From NCBI GenBank assembly GCA_035084275.1, contig CM068743.1, positions 18,600,001-18,664,000 on the forward strand: a stretch of 64,000 bases of DNA, given 5' to 3'. The notes beneath the pieces are model-generated. The model had not been told where the DNA came from. It saw only the letters and a program-made list of their open reading frames with translations, and ran no database searches. The stretch is from Hydrolagus colliei (lineage: Eukaryota). Numbering within the stretch: the first letter of the stretch is position 1; the number at the start of each line of letters is the position of its first letter. A program made the position numbers and the translations under genes. Of this stretch, positions 48,900 to 61,650 are shown piece by piece.

Positions 48900-50442
48900 T
48901 ATTCACTTAACGTTGTTTCGCTTAAAGTCATATTTTTCAGGAACCAAACCACAATGTTAAGCGGGGTCTACCTGTATGTGAAATTACTTTGCTGCTGAGA
49001 TTTTCAATAATGAGTTGCAATGTCCAAATGTGTTGATCACAAAATGACATTCCTAAACATAAACACTATATTAAAACAAGTTTTGAAAAAAAACTGCCTG
49101 TTTCTGAAAAATAGTGTCTTCCAACCCCAATTGAAAACCCATGGGCCCAACGGATTTGCCCTTAGCAGGGAAACATTTTTGAGCGGTTAAATAGACTTTC
49201 CCATCAAATAGCTGATCAGAATTTTTTCCACACTCAAAGATAGCAAATTACATGGATATCATCTGCAACAACCAAAGCACATTTTAACCCTATTCCTTAA
49301 ACAGAACGGAATGTTTTTCACCTCGTTGTTTCCAAGTAATTAATTGCTCACAAAGCTTTAATGGCATATGAACAATTCATCTTTATGAAAATTATTCATT
49401 TTTCCATGTAAAACCTCATGTTTTCAAAGTTATCTATCAACCCCTAACTATGTAACCCCTACCAATGTCAACACTGGAATTGGAACCTCATCACAAAATA
49501 GGACTCTAAACGTGATGAGCCTAGAGGAAAATAATCCATCAGTTAGAGTCCGACAAGGTTAACACCAACTCTGACCAAAAGGCTTTTCTACCACATTAAC
49601 CGCATCCACTTCTACCTCACTCTTGCACCCAAACATTTATCTTTGTCACATCCTAACTGGACTTTTCTAATGCACTTGTGGCTGGTCTCTCTCTCTCTCT
49701 CTCTCTCTCACTCCACGATCCGTAAACCTCAACTTATCCAAATCTCCGCTACCTGCATCCTTACGCTGTTCCACACAATCATCATCCCAATCCTCGTCAG
49801 GTTCACAGTCTTTATACAGATTTATTTCAAGCCTAACCTACAAATCACACCTGAACCTCTGAAATCTCTTCCTACCCGACTCCTCTTCTCATTACCCCCC
49901 ACTCAACTAACTCAGACTTGCTGCGTGAACCCCGCCCTACTCACACTACCCCGCCCTACTCACACTACCCCGCCCTACTCAAATTCCCTCCCTCAACTCC
50001 TCTCTATCTGTCTTTAAATTCTGCAATAAAAATCTACCTCTTTGACCACACCTACAGTCACCTCCCCTTGTTTCGATGTGTCTGCTATTAAACGTGATGA
50101 AATAGCCTGGCAAGTTCAATCCTAATACGGTACCTGGAACTGTGCAGGAATGCTTTCAGGGCAGTCCGAGATAGATGTAGATTTTACGGCTATATAAGTA
50201 CATGGCTTAAAACAACTCATTGGGAAGTGAACAGGCATTTAGTTATGCTCTGAACAGTTGCTAAAACTTGATTTCCCATTCCAAACACATAATGACAAGT
50301 CTGCTGTTAGTGATTAACACAGTTCGGATTCCCAAGTCGGTTATATCAATCTAAATATCAAAGTTACTCCCAGCACAGCACTTCAGCAGATTAAAACAAG
50401 TATGGATAGGAAAGATTTAACACACAATTTAAAACTCATTAC

Positions 50443-50568
50443 CTTTCCTTTCTCTGTAGCAAGCTGGCGAAACTGCAGCCATCCATCCTTTGAGGCGTCA
50501 CTAAAGCCATCGGATGAGGAGTCTCTTCTCAGGCTGATGTCGTCTGAAAGCTTCAGGCTGTCTGCGGC
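50443..50568 (-). CDS. ARHGAP21: ARHGAP21 exon [10 protein letters not shown]...[21 protein letters not shown] (PH domain start)
   Basis: tttag|GCC...AAG|gtaatg, 126 nt. Confidence 0.92.
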
Positions 50569-51633
50569 CTAAACAAAATGCCAGAGTTACAGTACAACAC
50601 ATTCCACTGCAAATCACATGAAACCAACAAAAAAAGATCAGTTGTCATAAATTACAAAGAGTCCAACAATGACTTTACCAAGAACATTACTCCAGCTCCA
50701 CCTCAGGTTTAAGGGGTGCCACAACAACGGCACATGCTCGATTTCAGACAGATTTTTAAAACGTCTTAAAACTTCCTCCTAAAACATACATGAACCTTCA
50801 ACTTCTCGAAACCCATATCAGGCATTAACCATTCCAAAATATGCAAGGGACATACCAATAGACTGCAGTAATGCTTTGACTGAAGAAATACTGTGGAGAT
50901 TGTTTTGTGTTGGTGTTGCGCTTGCTCTTACACTGTGCCACTGTATTCAGCCTACATAGGCAGCACTGTGACACTGAATTCTGTTTTTTTACTCTCTGAA
51001 GGCCTTTTGTTATTGTGAGCACATCAGATACTTGGTCAATTTAATTAATTTGCATACATGCTTATAGAAGTACATTCCAGGAAATGCATAGCCCAGTGGA
51101 AAATTGTCGCAAGAATCTAATACAGAAAGCTAAAAAAAGTTTGACTCACAAAGACTAGTTGTGTTTAACAATATTCTTACAAACAATTTTTCCCAACACA
51201 AATGAGTACACTGACCCGAATGAGGTTAAAATCTACCCAAATATTTTAATTCAATATTGAAACACGCACACATGCACACACACACAGAAACAAACCTATG
51301 AGTCAATGTTCATTTGAAATAAATATTCGCTTTTCTTGCAACCACAAAATATTTCCAGCAAAACAGACTACTGTTTTGTAACGTTTATGATGCAAACTTC
51401 TATGCTGTTGGATTACCTTTACCAATTCCATCCATTAGGAGGGAAGGGAGTAAACATAAATTGAAGGCTGTACCTTCTAAAGGCTACGAAAGGCACAAAT
51501 GGAAATCCAAGAACAAGTCATCTACAGATAAAGTTGTGCTTTACTTGGGGAGAATTTTTTTGAGGCAGGGAATGAAAGATAAAGAAATAACTGATGCGGA
51601 GGACAGAAGTACCTTTGCAAAAAATACACAAAC

Positions 51634-51676
51634 CTTCTTGAGTCCTTTCAAACTAGGAACGTGCTTTATTGATTTT
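51634..51676 (-). CDS. ARHGAP21: ARHGAP21 43-nt exon KSIKHVPSLKGLKK
   Basis: ggcag|A...AAG|gtttgt, phase 2/0. Resembles recalled KHVSSLKGIK. Confidence 0.85.
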
Positions 51677-51776
51677 CTGCCGAGAAATAAAAGTTATTAG
51701 TATAATAAAGGTACACATACTGATTAATTCTATTAAAAAGACCCAAATATCTAGAGTTTACCAATCATCAACTTAC

Positions 51777-51876
51777 GATCTTTCTTCTCTATAATTATCT
51801 AATCCTTCATCATACGACTTTGACCTCTCAGTTTTGCCAGTGGGCTGTGAATCAGGGGTACTGGTTCTAATGGTAT
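51777..51876 (-). CDS. ARHGAP21: ARHGAP21 exon ...GKTERSKSYDEGLDNYREER
   Basis: ttctcag|AT...TC|gtaagt, 100 nt, phase 1/2. Confidence 0.92.
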
Positions 51877-52011
51877 CTGAGAAAAAAAAAGATCATGAAT
51901 AATAAGCTACAGTCACAGCATACACCCCAACCAGCTGTTCGTAAAGTGAAGAATTAGAACTTTATCTAACGCTGGTATGAAATTAAATGAAATTGGTAGT
52001 CAAACACCTAC

Positions 52012-52170
52012 CTTGGTCATGTGATAACTGTCGTCGAATATGCGGAGATGGAGTAATGGGGCTCGGAGGCACTGTCGTTATTGTCAATATTTCAGACACA
52101 CCAGCTGAAATAACTGCAGACGCAGGAATATGTGCAGACTCATGATCAACACTGGGACTTGTGGGCTCAT
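52012..52170 (-). CDS. ARHGAP21: ARHGAP21 exon (D)[21 protein letters not shown]...IRRQLSHDQ, the most 5' exon in the window
   Basis: cctag|AT...CAA G|gtaggt, 159 nt. Upstream exons (PDZ region) lie beyond 64000. Confidence 0.93.
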
Positions 52171-54074
52171 CTAGGAGAAGATCAAAAATATCCATCATTC
52201 GAATTCGCTAATGTATTCCCTAAAATTTAATATTCGATTAAATATTTTGCATTAATTCACTCCATTAATAAATATGTCTCATACACTCAAACAAAAGTCT
52301 CTGGATTGAAAAGGTCAATCATACCAAACACTATAAATTTGCTGAATGTCTCTTGTATCCTTTATTTCTATCAATCTTTGCATTTATTACATTGTGGGAA
52401 TCTGCAAATGGAACATTCATCATTCTCGTATCAACCTCAAACTGTCAACATACAATTTGTAGTATAATAAATATAACCACCACATGACCCTGAATTCAGC
52501 ACTAAATACATTATACTACAGCAGTTAACAACCCAACAGTTTCACAAAGTAGGCCTGCGTACACACACGGAAGCTAGAAACAACAAACATGAAAAGTGCT
52601 CGGGTTACAGAGTCAACAGATACACCCACAATTTATAATGGACTCACACATCAAAATCAAGTTTGCAAGTTAAAAATTAAACGTTACTCATTCAAAGGTG
52701 AGTAAACCGAAAATAAAAACGGAGTTGTTTACCATACAGAAAATAAACGGGAATCCATAAATTGTTTGCCACCAACTAAAAACTTTAAGTAGTAAATGGA
52801 TTTTAGTTTGCATTTTATTTTTTACATTGTTGTTGTTCTTAAATTATTGCTACATGTATTTACTATAAATAGTAGCTATATTTAAACTATATTCTTTGGT
52901 GCATAAGAAAACTACTTTCAGCACTACATAAATTACACTGAGCACCTTTTAATAATAAGAATAATTATTCTTGCGTTTGATGTAGCGTCTGAACACATTG
53001 TTGAGACGTCTCAAAGCGCTTCACAGAATAATCTGTAAAGTGAATTGGCTGTATATGTTGTGATTGCCAACAGATTTGCTTTCAGGAAAGCTAGGTCTAA
53101 CCTTTATGACACTAAAACAAATCCACACCAGAGCACAATACAACAAACAAGAACAAATGTTTAAATAGCCATGCACCATCTCTGTTGAGCAAATTGTTAG
53201 TGAGAATTATCTGAGACACAACAACAACAAAATTTCATTTACAGAGCGCCTTTCACGTTGGGAGGATATCCCCAAGCGCTGAACACATTCATAGATGAAG
53301 CTGAGGTAGCTGTGAGCTACACCCAGACCATAATGAGACACAATCTGAACAGAGGGGCCTGTGAGTGGAGCGAAGCCTAATTCTCACTTGTGTCGTCGCC
53401 TCACTCATGTGCTTCTGGAGCCATTCAACCCACAGTAATGTCAGGTAAACAGAGCAGAGCCCCGCCCATAAACTACATTTGTAGCAGGTTTATTGCGGAC
53501 CACACTGTTTACAGTGGATTCTGCAGGAAATTGCGGCCAGACTTTTCATTTGGCACAGCTCATGAGCAACATACAATCATAGAGAAGGGAAGAATTTATT
53601 TTCTGTAAGTGTAGACTGTTGAATATTTTTTCATTCTGTTATAAAGCGGGAGGCTGAGTTTATGGAACCAAATCACCTGTAGTTTTTTGTATTCCTTTTT
53701 TTTTGTAAGTATTAGTTTCAAAACAGATCAACTATTTTTAACTTCAGATTACATTCACGAACTGATAACCTCCTCTAAAACAAACATACCCCGCTACTTT
53801 ATTTCCCCCTTTCCCCTGACAAATGTATAGTGCTCGGTAAGGAAAATAATGGACTGCATTCATCCTTCAACATGTCCCAAAATTGAGATTTTAATTATGA
53901 TGGCAACAAAACTAGTTGCTTCATCAATGGGCAAAGCGGTTTGATTAAACAGCTCAGTCTTTAATCAGCCTTGGAGCACTGCTGCTTCTTATGGCATAAA
54001 AAGGTGTTCAACCAGTTTACCATTGCACCAATTTAATGTAAATTATTATTAAGAAGTCTTCTGAAGTAGACTCG

Positions 54075-54374
54075 CACTCCTGCAGTTACCTGCGGTGTTT
54101 CCCAAGATTCCATCTTTGGCCCCCCTCCTCTGCTCATTCTCTGCTCTCCCTTAGCGATGTCATCCCCAGACATGGAGTAAACCTCCACACGGATGACTAC
54201 TTTTCCTCAACCAGGTCCAGGTCCACTGATATCCTGTCAGCTTGTCTGGATGGGTGCAAACTTTCCCACAGTTGAATGTTGACAAGACAAGTTATACTCC
54301 TTGGCTCCCAACAATGTCTTGTCTCCTGAGGCTCTGACTTCCTCAATCTAATCAGCCCTTCTTTAAGACTTACC
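54075..54374 (+). mobile_element. Degraded L2 RT fragment
   Basis: Homologous to 20560-20860 (GVPQGS region through nvdkte). Confidence 0.65.
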
Positions 54375-54877
54375 AAGCCCGTTTATCCGTGACCCGATCA
54401 ACCGTAACTTCCGTATAACCGGCACCTCAAAAAAAAGATCCCCATTCGAATAACCAGATCTTATCTGGCACAATCACGGTGGCGCATTTTTTACCCCTCG
54501 TATCGATTTTTTGGAATGCTGCTTCTAGTGTCTGAAGTTGGTGCTGCCAATTTTTTCCCTCACATCGGTATTTCGGCTTGCCACTAGTAGAGCCTTTTCC
54601 CACACATCGGCCATTGTAGAAGATAGACTGTATACCAGTATCATGGCTTCAAATCAGGCATCTACCAGCAAAGGTGATTTCTAGGTGAATTTTTAAGTGA
54701 ATAACAAAGGTCTGTTATTATATGTCATTATTTAGTCTATTATTAATATGGTCTGTGTTAAAATAAGATTTTTTTTTGGTGTTGAGTTTTTGGCGTCGTA
54801 TCTGCCCGAATATCCGGCATGTCATTTAACCGGCATTGGCCAGGTCCCGAGGGAGCCAGATAAATGGGCTTTTACTG
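54375..54877 (-). mobile_element. Tigger/pogo-like MITE, same family as 40584-41122
   Basis: End ggcattggccaggtcc...gataaatgggcttttactg is the reverse complement of the 40584 end. Confidence 0.7.
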
Positions 54878-55145
54878 TGTACAGGTACCCCGCCCCAACC
54901 ACGATCTTTGCAACTGTGGATTTCATGTATCCACGGTTTCCTCTCCGCGACACCCTTTGCCAACCATGGCAGTGAATTTTGCATATCCACGGGTTTTATC
55001 ATTCACGCTAGCATTTCGCGCTAGGACCCAGTTGCATCAACCAGCCACGATGTCGTTTCTCCGCATCCACCCCACTCGGTGCTACCCACCACACCCCCTT
55101 CTCCACATCCATCCCCCTCACACTTGTATAAATATATATACACAC

Positions 55146-56534
55146 TAGGGAACGGCGATATATCGGTATATCGGTAAAACCCGATATGATTTTCATATCG
55201 GTATGCCGATATAGACATTTAAAAAATACCGATATATCGAAAAACGGTACATCGAGGTAAAAAATCGGGATGCGAGCACAATCAACTACAAGACCCAGAA
55301 TGCTTATCTCTATTCACAATGCACAGACCGAGGTGCAAAGCCGCCATCTTGTATTCATAGTCCTCGAATACATAATACAGGTATGCAAGGGGTGGGGGAA
55401 GAGAGACGGCTGTGGGTGGGTGGGGGTGAGGCGGAGAGAGACTGCTGGGGGTGGGGGGTGAGGGGGAGAGAGACGGCTGGGGGGGGTTGAGGGGGAGAGA
55501 GACGGCTGGGGGGAGGGAGAGATAGACGGCTGGGGGGGGGGGGGGAGAGGGGGAGATAGACGGCTGGGGGGGGGGGGGGGGAGAGGGGGGGAGAGACGGC
55601 TGGGGGGGGGGGAGAGGGGGAGAGGGGGAGAGAGATGGCTGAGGGGGGGAGGAGAGGGGGAGAGAGACGGCTGGGGGGAGGAGGAGAGGGGGAGAGAGAC
55701 GGCTGGGGGGGGCGGAGAGGGGAGAGAGACGGCTGGGGGGGGGAGAGGGACGGCTGGGGGGGGGAGAGGGGAGAGAGATGGCTGGGGGGGGGAGAGGGGG
55801 CGAGAGACGGCTGTGGGGGAGAGGGGGAGATAGATGGCTGGGGGGGAGAGGGGGAGAGAGATGGCTGGGGGGGAGAGGGGGAGAGAGATGGCTGGGGGGG
55901 GAGAGGGACGGCTGGTGGGGGGGAGGAGAGGGGGAGAGAGACGGCTGGGGGGAGGGGGAGAGAGATGGCTGGGGGGGGGGGGGGAGAGAGAGACGGCGGG
56001 GAGGGGGGGAGGAGAGGGGGAGAGAGACGGCTGAGGGGAGGGGGAGAGAGATGGCTGGGGGGGAGGGAGAGAGAGACGGCGGGGGGGGGGGAGGAGAGGG
56101 GGAGAGAGACGGCTGGGGGGAGGGGGAGAGACGGCTGGGGGGCGAGAGAGAGAGACGGCGGGTGGGGAGTGGGGGTGGAGGAGAGAGACGGCGGGGGGGG
56201 GAGAGATGGGGTGGATGTGATAATATACAGATAGATAGAGATGGGGGGGATGTGAGAGAGGAGAGAGGGAGAGAGACATAGAGAGACACAGACAGAAAAA
56301 CACAGAGATGGAGAGAGTGAGAGACACAGAGAGAGAAAGATATTTACCTCCTGAGAAGATAGGCCCCGAATGCGCGCGCACCCGGAATGCGCGCGCACCC
56401 CGAATGCGCGCGCACTCCGATGCGTGCACGCATGCGCAGCACGAAAAAACTGAAAATATCGGTATTTCGGTATATCTCGATATGAGCCGACCGATATATC
56501 CATATCCGGAAAATTCCCATATCGCCGTTCCCTA
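55146..56534 (+). mobile_element. Non-autonomous hAT transposon with an internal G-rich minisatellite
   Basis: Perfect 16-bp TIR TAGGGAACGGCGATAT / ATATCGCCGTTCCCTA, perfect 8-bp TSD atacacac on both sides, subterminal cgatat/atatcg repeats. Confidence 0.93.
55400..56210. repeat. G-rich minisatellite, unit ~gagagggggagagagacggctggggggg
   Basis: About 25 variable copies of gagacggctg(g)n. It explains the Pro/Ser-rich and Gly/Glu-rich pseudo-ORFs. Confidence 0.95.
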
Positions 56535-57825
56535 ATACACACAGATACATACACTGCCTGTAGAAATGCAAACTGTTGTTAAATCAAGACTGTTGATAGT
56601 AGCTGCTAAATTTTTCTGAAGTCAAAACACTGAGATCAAAATAATTCTGCCAGTTTCAATTTTAAGATACTGTACCATAATTAGATATTTTATTATTGAA
56701 ATCAGTCTAGGATCAAACTTACTTTCCCTTTTATAACTAATGTACCAGTTAAATTAAGGTTAAGTTAAGCAAGTCCTGTCAGATCTCTTTTATCAAATCA
56801 CCATGAGCTACAGCTTCCTTTACTCTCTTGATACAGCTACGTTTTGTTAAGCTCAACCTTCCTAAATCATATAATTTCCGTTTCCCCTCAAAAGCGTTAT
56901 GTTTGATAATTTCCCTTGCTTTTAAACAACATTTATTTGCCCACATATTTGTATTATATTATGACATATGGTTTGGGTTAATATGACTAACTACTCAATT
57001 CACAAAAACATGAACTCACATATGAGGCCTGTTTGTATTGAATATTTTTACACTAAACTGCAAATACTTACTAATAAAACAAGTCCATATTGTTTTATGG
57101 CTCAACATCTCAACAATCAATTTAATCAGGAAAAATTTGCATCCAGCTATTGTCACAGTTGATAACACTGATTTCATTTTCAGAACTACATTCCTCAGTA
57201 CTGTAGAGAGTAATTATCTATTTCAGCTCTGCATTTTTCATACATTAAGATGCTTAATCAATTCAAAGCTTTCCTCTCCAGATGAGAGCAATGCCCATAA
57301 GCATTCATCTGCTACATAAGTATTCCTGCATATTACAATGATAGCAATGGGATACATCTGATTTTGACTGGCCATACTTTACTGAAAATTAATTAACGCC
57401 ACCTCGATGAAGATCTATCACATGACCAGTATTTTCAGAGTTTTAATTGCATTTTTACAGGAACCTGCAAAGACATAGGAACCCATTCTGAAACAATTGA
57501 TCAAATAAAATTTATGATTGAGGAAAAACCAGTTAGGCGACAGATCCTGATTCTATGCTATAGTTATACAACTTCTCAATCAATACAAATACTCTAATAT
57601 GAATATTATATCAGTGTTCTAAACCCACATATTCCTTACATTCCATTATAATGTGCAGTTTACTAAATCCCTGTTTGGTCTTAGGTAAAAAAACAAGAGA
57701 AATAATCACTCAATTCTCCAACAGCACACAACTCTCTGAATCTGACAGGAAATGGATTTGGTTTTTATGTGCTGCAGAAACTCCCTTAAATGATCTTTCT
57801 TGCTCAAAGATCCAATTATCCATAA

Positions 57826-58362
57826 CAATAATAATCCTTGCATTTGATAAGGCATTTTTCACGTCTTCTAGACATCTCAAAGCGCTTCACAGAATATACT
57901 GTAAGGTCAATTGACTGTATATGTGGAGCTCCTGTGGCTGTGGAGCTCCTGTGGCTGTGGTTAGAGCACTTGTCTTGCAAGCTGGGGAGACCAAGCTGGG
58001 GAGACCTGTGTTCGAATCCAGACAGGTCAGGGCGAAACCTTGGGCAAGTTTCCTTACTCCACATGCCTAATAATAATCCCTCCAAAAGAAACACAATAAT
58101 AAAATTGGTCATTTCAATCCACGACTGTGTGTGGGACACTGCTGTGCGCAATTGGCTGCCGCGATTCGCCCACAAATATATATAGGCAATTCACTTTACA
58201 GTATATTCTGTGAAGCGCTTTGGGACGTTGATAAGACGTGGAAAGCGCTATATCAAATACAAGGATTATTATTATTATTATTTGTGGGCGAAACGCGGCA
58301 GCCAATTGCACACAGCAGTGTCCCACAAACAGTCATGGATTGAAACGACCAATTTATTATTG
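57826..58362. mobile_element. Nested SINEs: + copy (57923-58280) inserted into a - copy (57826-57922 plus 58281-58362)
   Basis: The minus-strand fragments join seamlessly (...gactgtatat | ttgtgggcgaaacgcggcagcc...) around a full + copy with a duplicated head. Confidence 0.85.
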
Positions 58363-58481
58363 CTTTTTTTTAGTTAAATCTACCAGATTAAGATGAGTGA
58401 AATCTACCAGAGTTCACACATTTCATGTCCTGTTCGAGCACACCATCATTCAGCCTCCCCTTCTGTCAGTATGCACCTCAA

Positions 58482-58984
58482 TAGAGTCCGTCAAAATAGA
58501 AATGTTCCGATTTAGATATATCGATGGCGCATTCGGGGCCTATCTCCTCAGGAGGTAAATATCTCTCTCTCTCTCTCTGTGTCTCTCACACTCACTCTCT
58601 CCATCTCTCTCTGTGTGGTCTCTCCCTCCCTCTCTACCCCCACCACCGGTCTCCCCATCCCTCTCTCCCCAGCCCTTGTATACCTGTATACTGTATTCGA
58701 GGACTACAAATACAATATGGCGGCTTGCACCTCGGTCTGTGCATTGTGTAGAGATGAGCATTCTGGGTCTTGTAGTTCAGTGCGCGCGCATTCGGATGTG
58801 CGCGTGCATTCCATGCGCGCGTGCATTCCATGCTCTAGGCCCAGGAGGTTGCAATGCCGGCAACAAGGTACCGATATATATCGAATTTTTCGATATATCG
58901 ATACATTTTTAATTTTTATATCGGCATATCAATATGAAAATTATACCGGATATAAGCGACATATCGATATATCGACGGGCCCTA
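58482..58984 (-). mobile_element. hAT MITE, same family as 55146-56534, no minisatellite expansion
   Basis: Ends tagagtccgtc / gacgggcccta, TSD cacctcaa / cagctcaa (7 of 8). The interior is the reverse complement of 55280-55400 and 56280-56370. Confidence 0.85.
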
Positions 58985-59355
58985 CAGCTCAACATGAACA
59001 TCTGGAATGCTAGTCTTCTGTGCAATATTCATTACGTTCAGGTGACATTTCCATCATCTTTCCCCACCCCTTCAGTTTCCACTCCCAGCTCAGGTGGTCG
59101 GTCAGCAGTGTTTGACACTGTTTTGAGATCATCTCCTGATATGAAAGGCATAATATAAATTATGTTACTGAGGTCTTTCATCGATGTCAGTATAAAAGCC
59201 ACCATTTTCAGTTCAGTGAACCAAGTGACACTAACCTCAAGGAATACCCAAGTACCTTAGAGGCCCAACTGTTCTGCCATGGTGCTGCAGTTTGTTACTG
59301 TGGTTATGGTTCCCTTCAGTTTGCTGCTGTGCTTTAGCAATATTATATAATAATA

Positions 59356-59695
59356 TGGAGCTCCTGTGGCTAGATGGTTAGGGCACTTGTCTCGCAAGGT
59401 GGGAATACCAAGTTGGGAGATCTGTGTTCGAATCCCGGCAGGTCAGGGCGAAACCTTGGGCAAGTTTCCTTACTCCACACACCTAATAATAATCCGTCCC
59501 CTCAATAAAACACAATAATAAAATTGGTCATTTCAATCCACGACTGTTTGTGGGACATTGCTGTTCTCAATTGGCTGCCGCGAATCGCCCACAAATATAC
59601 AGTCAATTCACTTTACAGTATATTCTGTGAAGCGCTTTGGGACGTCAATAAGATGTGAAAAGCGCTATATCAAATGCAAGGATTATTATTATTAT
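59356..59695 (+). mobile_element. Deu-type tRNA SINE, full length
   Basis: Head ggagctcctgtggctagatggtta, B-box gttcgaatccc, Deu body, (tta)n tail. Confidence 0.88.
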
Positions 59696-59734
59696 TTATT
59701 CTATCACTGAAGCTAGGTACACTGCAGGTTTTGC

Positions 59735-59774
59735 AGTTTTGAACCACCACAGAAAATGGTGGTGGTTCAAAACT
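59735..59774. repeat. Perfect 16-bp inverted repeat with an 8-nt loop
   Basis: agttttgaaccaccac-agaaaatg-gtggtggttcaaaact. Confidence 0.9.
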
Positions 59775-60296
59775 AACGTAAACAGGTGGCATCAAAGAGT
59801 GAACAGTTTTGAGATGGACTTTTATTTTTTTTAAATCACTGCATTCCTAAAGTGGCTTATTATATGATGATTTAGGAGTGAATCATTTTGCTTACATATC
59901 CTGACAATCAGCAAGAGACATAGGGCAGCCTGATCGAGTGGGAGAAGTTCACCTGACCAAAATAGCAGTGAGAGTGGAGAAAATGGTTGATTATTTTCAA
60001 GACATAAAATAAATCAAACATTGTCTTTGCTATATAGACTGAGTATTTGCCGGTTTTCTGTTCAATTTTCATTAAAGTTCAAAATTACCACGACTGGCCC
60101 CATTCCAGCAATGGCAATTTCTATCTTTTCAGAAGGACTGAAGATTAAAAACACCATAATATCTAAAACAAAAACAGAGGCCGCTGGGAACACCGTCGCT
60201 GAACACTCATAGCATAAATTCTGCATTCAGTCTCCTTTGGAAAGCCAACATTTTATTTATGAAGCAAAACAATTAACCTTTTTTTGCAACCTGTTT

Positions 60297-60395
60297 GACC
60301 AGTCAATTCACTTTATAGTGTATTCTGTGAAGCGCTTTCAGACGTCTAGAAGACGTGAAAAGCGCTATATCAAATGCAAAGATTATTATTATTAT
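60297..60395 (+). mobile_element. SINE 3' tail fragment
   Basis: agtcaattcacttt...caaatgcaaagattattattatt. Confidence 0.8.
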
Positions 60396-61373
60396 CTAGC
60401 TGCAAACGGCTACCAAAAGGATCTCACTATCCTCATTCACATGCTACGAACATTAATACAGCCATCAGCTCCAAGAATCTCCCACACAGTACTGAATCTC
60501 CCAGTGTCCCTCTTTTTATGTAACAATAGTCATGTACAACACATTCATTTATCACATAACAAGCTAAAGATTAAAGTGCAATCAAACATTTTGCAACCAA
60601 AACACTAATTCCTTTGATGTACTGCCCATATAATACATAGTCACATTACTTTATGGTATATCCTGTGAAGTGCTCGAGACATCTTGTTGATATGATAAAG
60701 ATAGATATAATATCTTAGTCTGTAAAACAGGGTGTTAAGAGTCCTATCAGGTACCTTTTTTTTTGTTTAGAAAAACTAGTTATGTTCTTAGAACCTTCCT
60801 TTAAAAAAACAAGAACTGTATGTACTCTTAAATCAGCATTGGTTGACTCATAATTCAGCTCTCCTGATTTGCACGAATTTACAGAAACTACACATTTGTG
60901 GACGGTTGAATTATACATGGTGATAAAGTAATATTGACCCATTAGCACGTATGCACACATTATGCATAATCTACATGTGCTGTAAGTTAGTCAGGATGCT
61001 GAAGTCACGGGGCTAGGTTGTGTTCAAGTTTACATGTGTAGAATAAATAAAGGCCATGTAAAAGTTTGTGTGAGTCATTCGTTAGCAAAAGAAAATGTAA
61101 TTTAATGATTGTTTACATATTTACTTTTATCTGAATGACATAACCGTAAATAATGACTATTAGTGTAACGAGCGCTTTGGGATGCTACCCTGTGTAAGAT
61201 GAAAAATATAAAGTTGTTGTTTTTACTGTAACAATAGGAGATACAATCAATCCTAATTATTCCACAGCTACTGTACCTTGAATTTTGGATCATACAAATA
61301 TAGTATTGGGGTTGTAATGTTTTATTTTAGCTGTTAACACATTTGAATATCCTCCACTGGATATATATTATTA

Positions 61374-61650
61374 AAATAATCCTTGCATTTATATAGTGTT
61401 TTAAATCATCAATATGTCTCAAAGCACTTCACAGGATTTAGTGCAAAGTGAATTGACTGTATTTAGTGGCGAAATGCGACAGCCAGTTTGTGCAAACCAG
61501 TGTCCAACAAATAGTTATGGAGTGACTGAACAATTTTATTTGGGGGCCAGGATATCAGGGAGAAACTCCCTTCTCTTTTCAAATAGTGCCTTAAGATCTT
61601 TAACATCCACCTGAAAAGACAGACAGGATCTTGGTTGAATATGGAGTGGG
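61374..61650 (-). mobile_element. Older DeuSINE fragment
   Basis: Reverse complement of the 14.9-15.3 kb family (aaatagtgcc...gatcttt...acatccacctga). Confidence 0.65.

Larger units (their letters stand above)
47116..48974. mobile_element. Tigger-like non-autonomous DNA transposon (outer element)
   Basis: TIRs caggtagaccccactgaacatt / aatgttaagcggggtctacctg followed by TA. Confidence 0.7.

Noticed and set aside
55282-56554. Long Pro/Ser-rich and Gly/Glu/Arg-rich ORFs (up to 399 aa) in several frames
   Set aside because: Translations of a stop-free G-rich minisatellite inside a hAT MITE. Open in many frames, with no splice or homology support.
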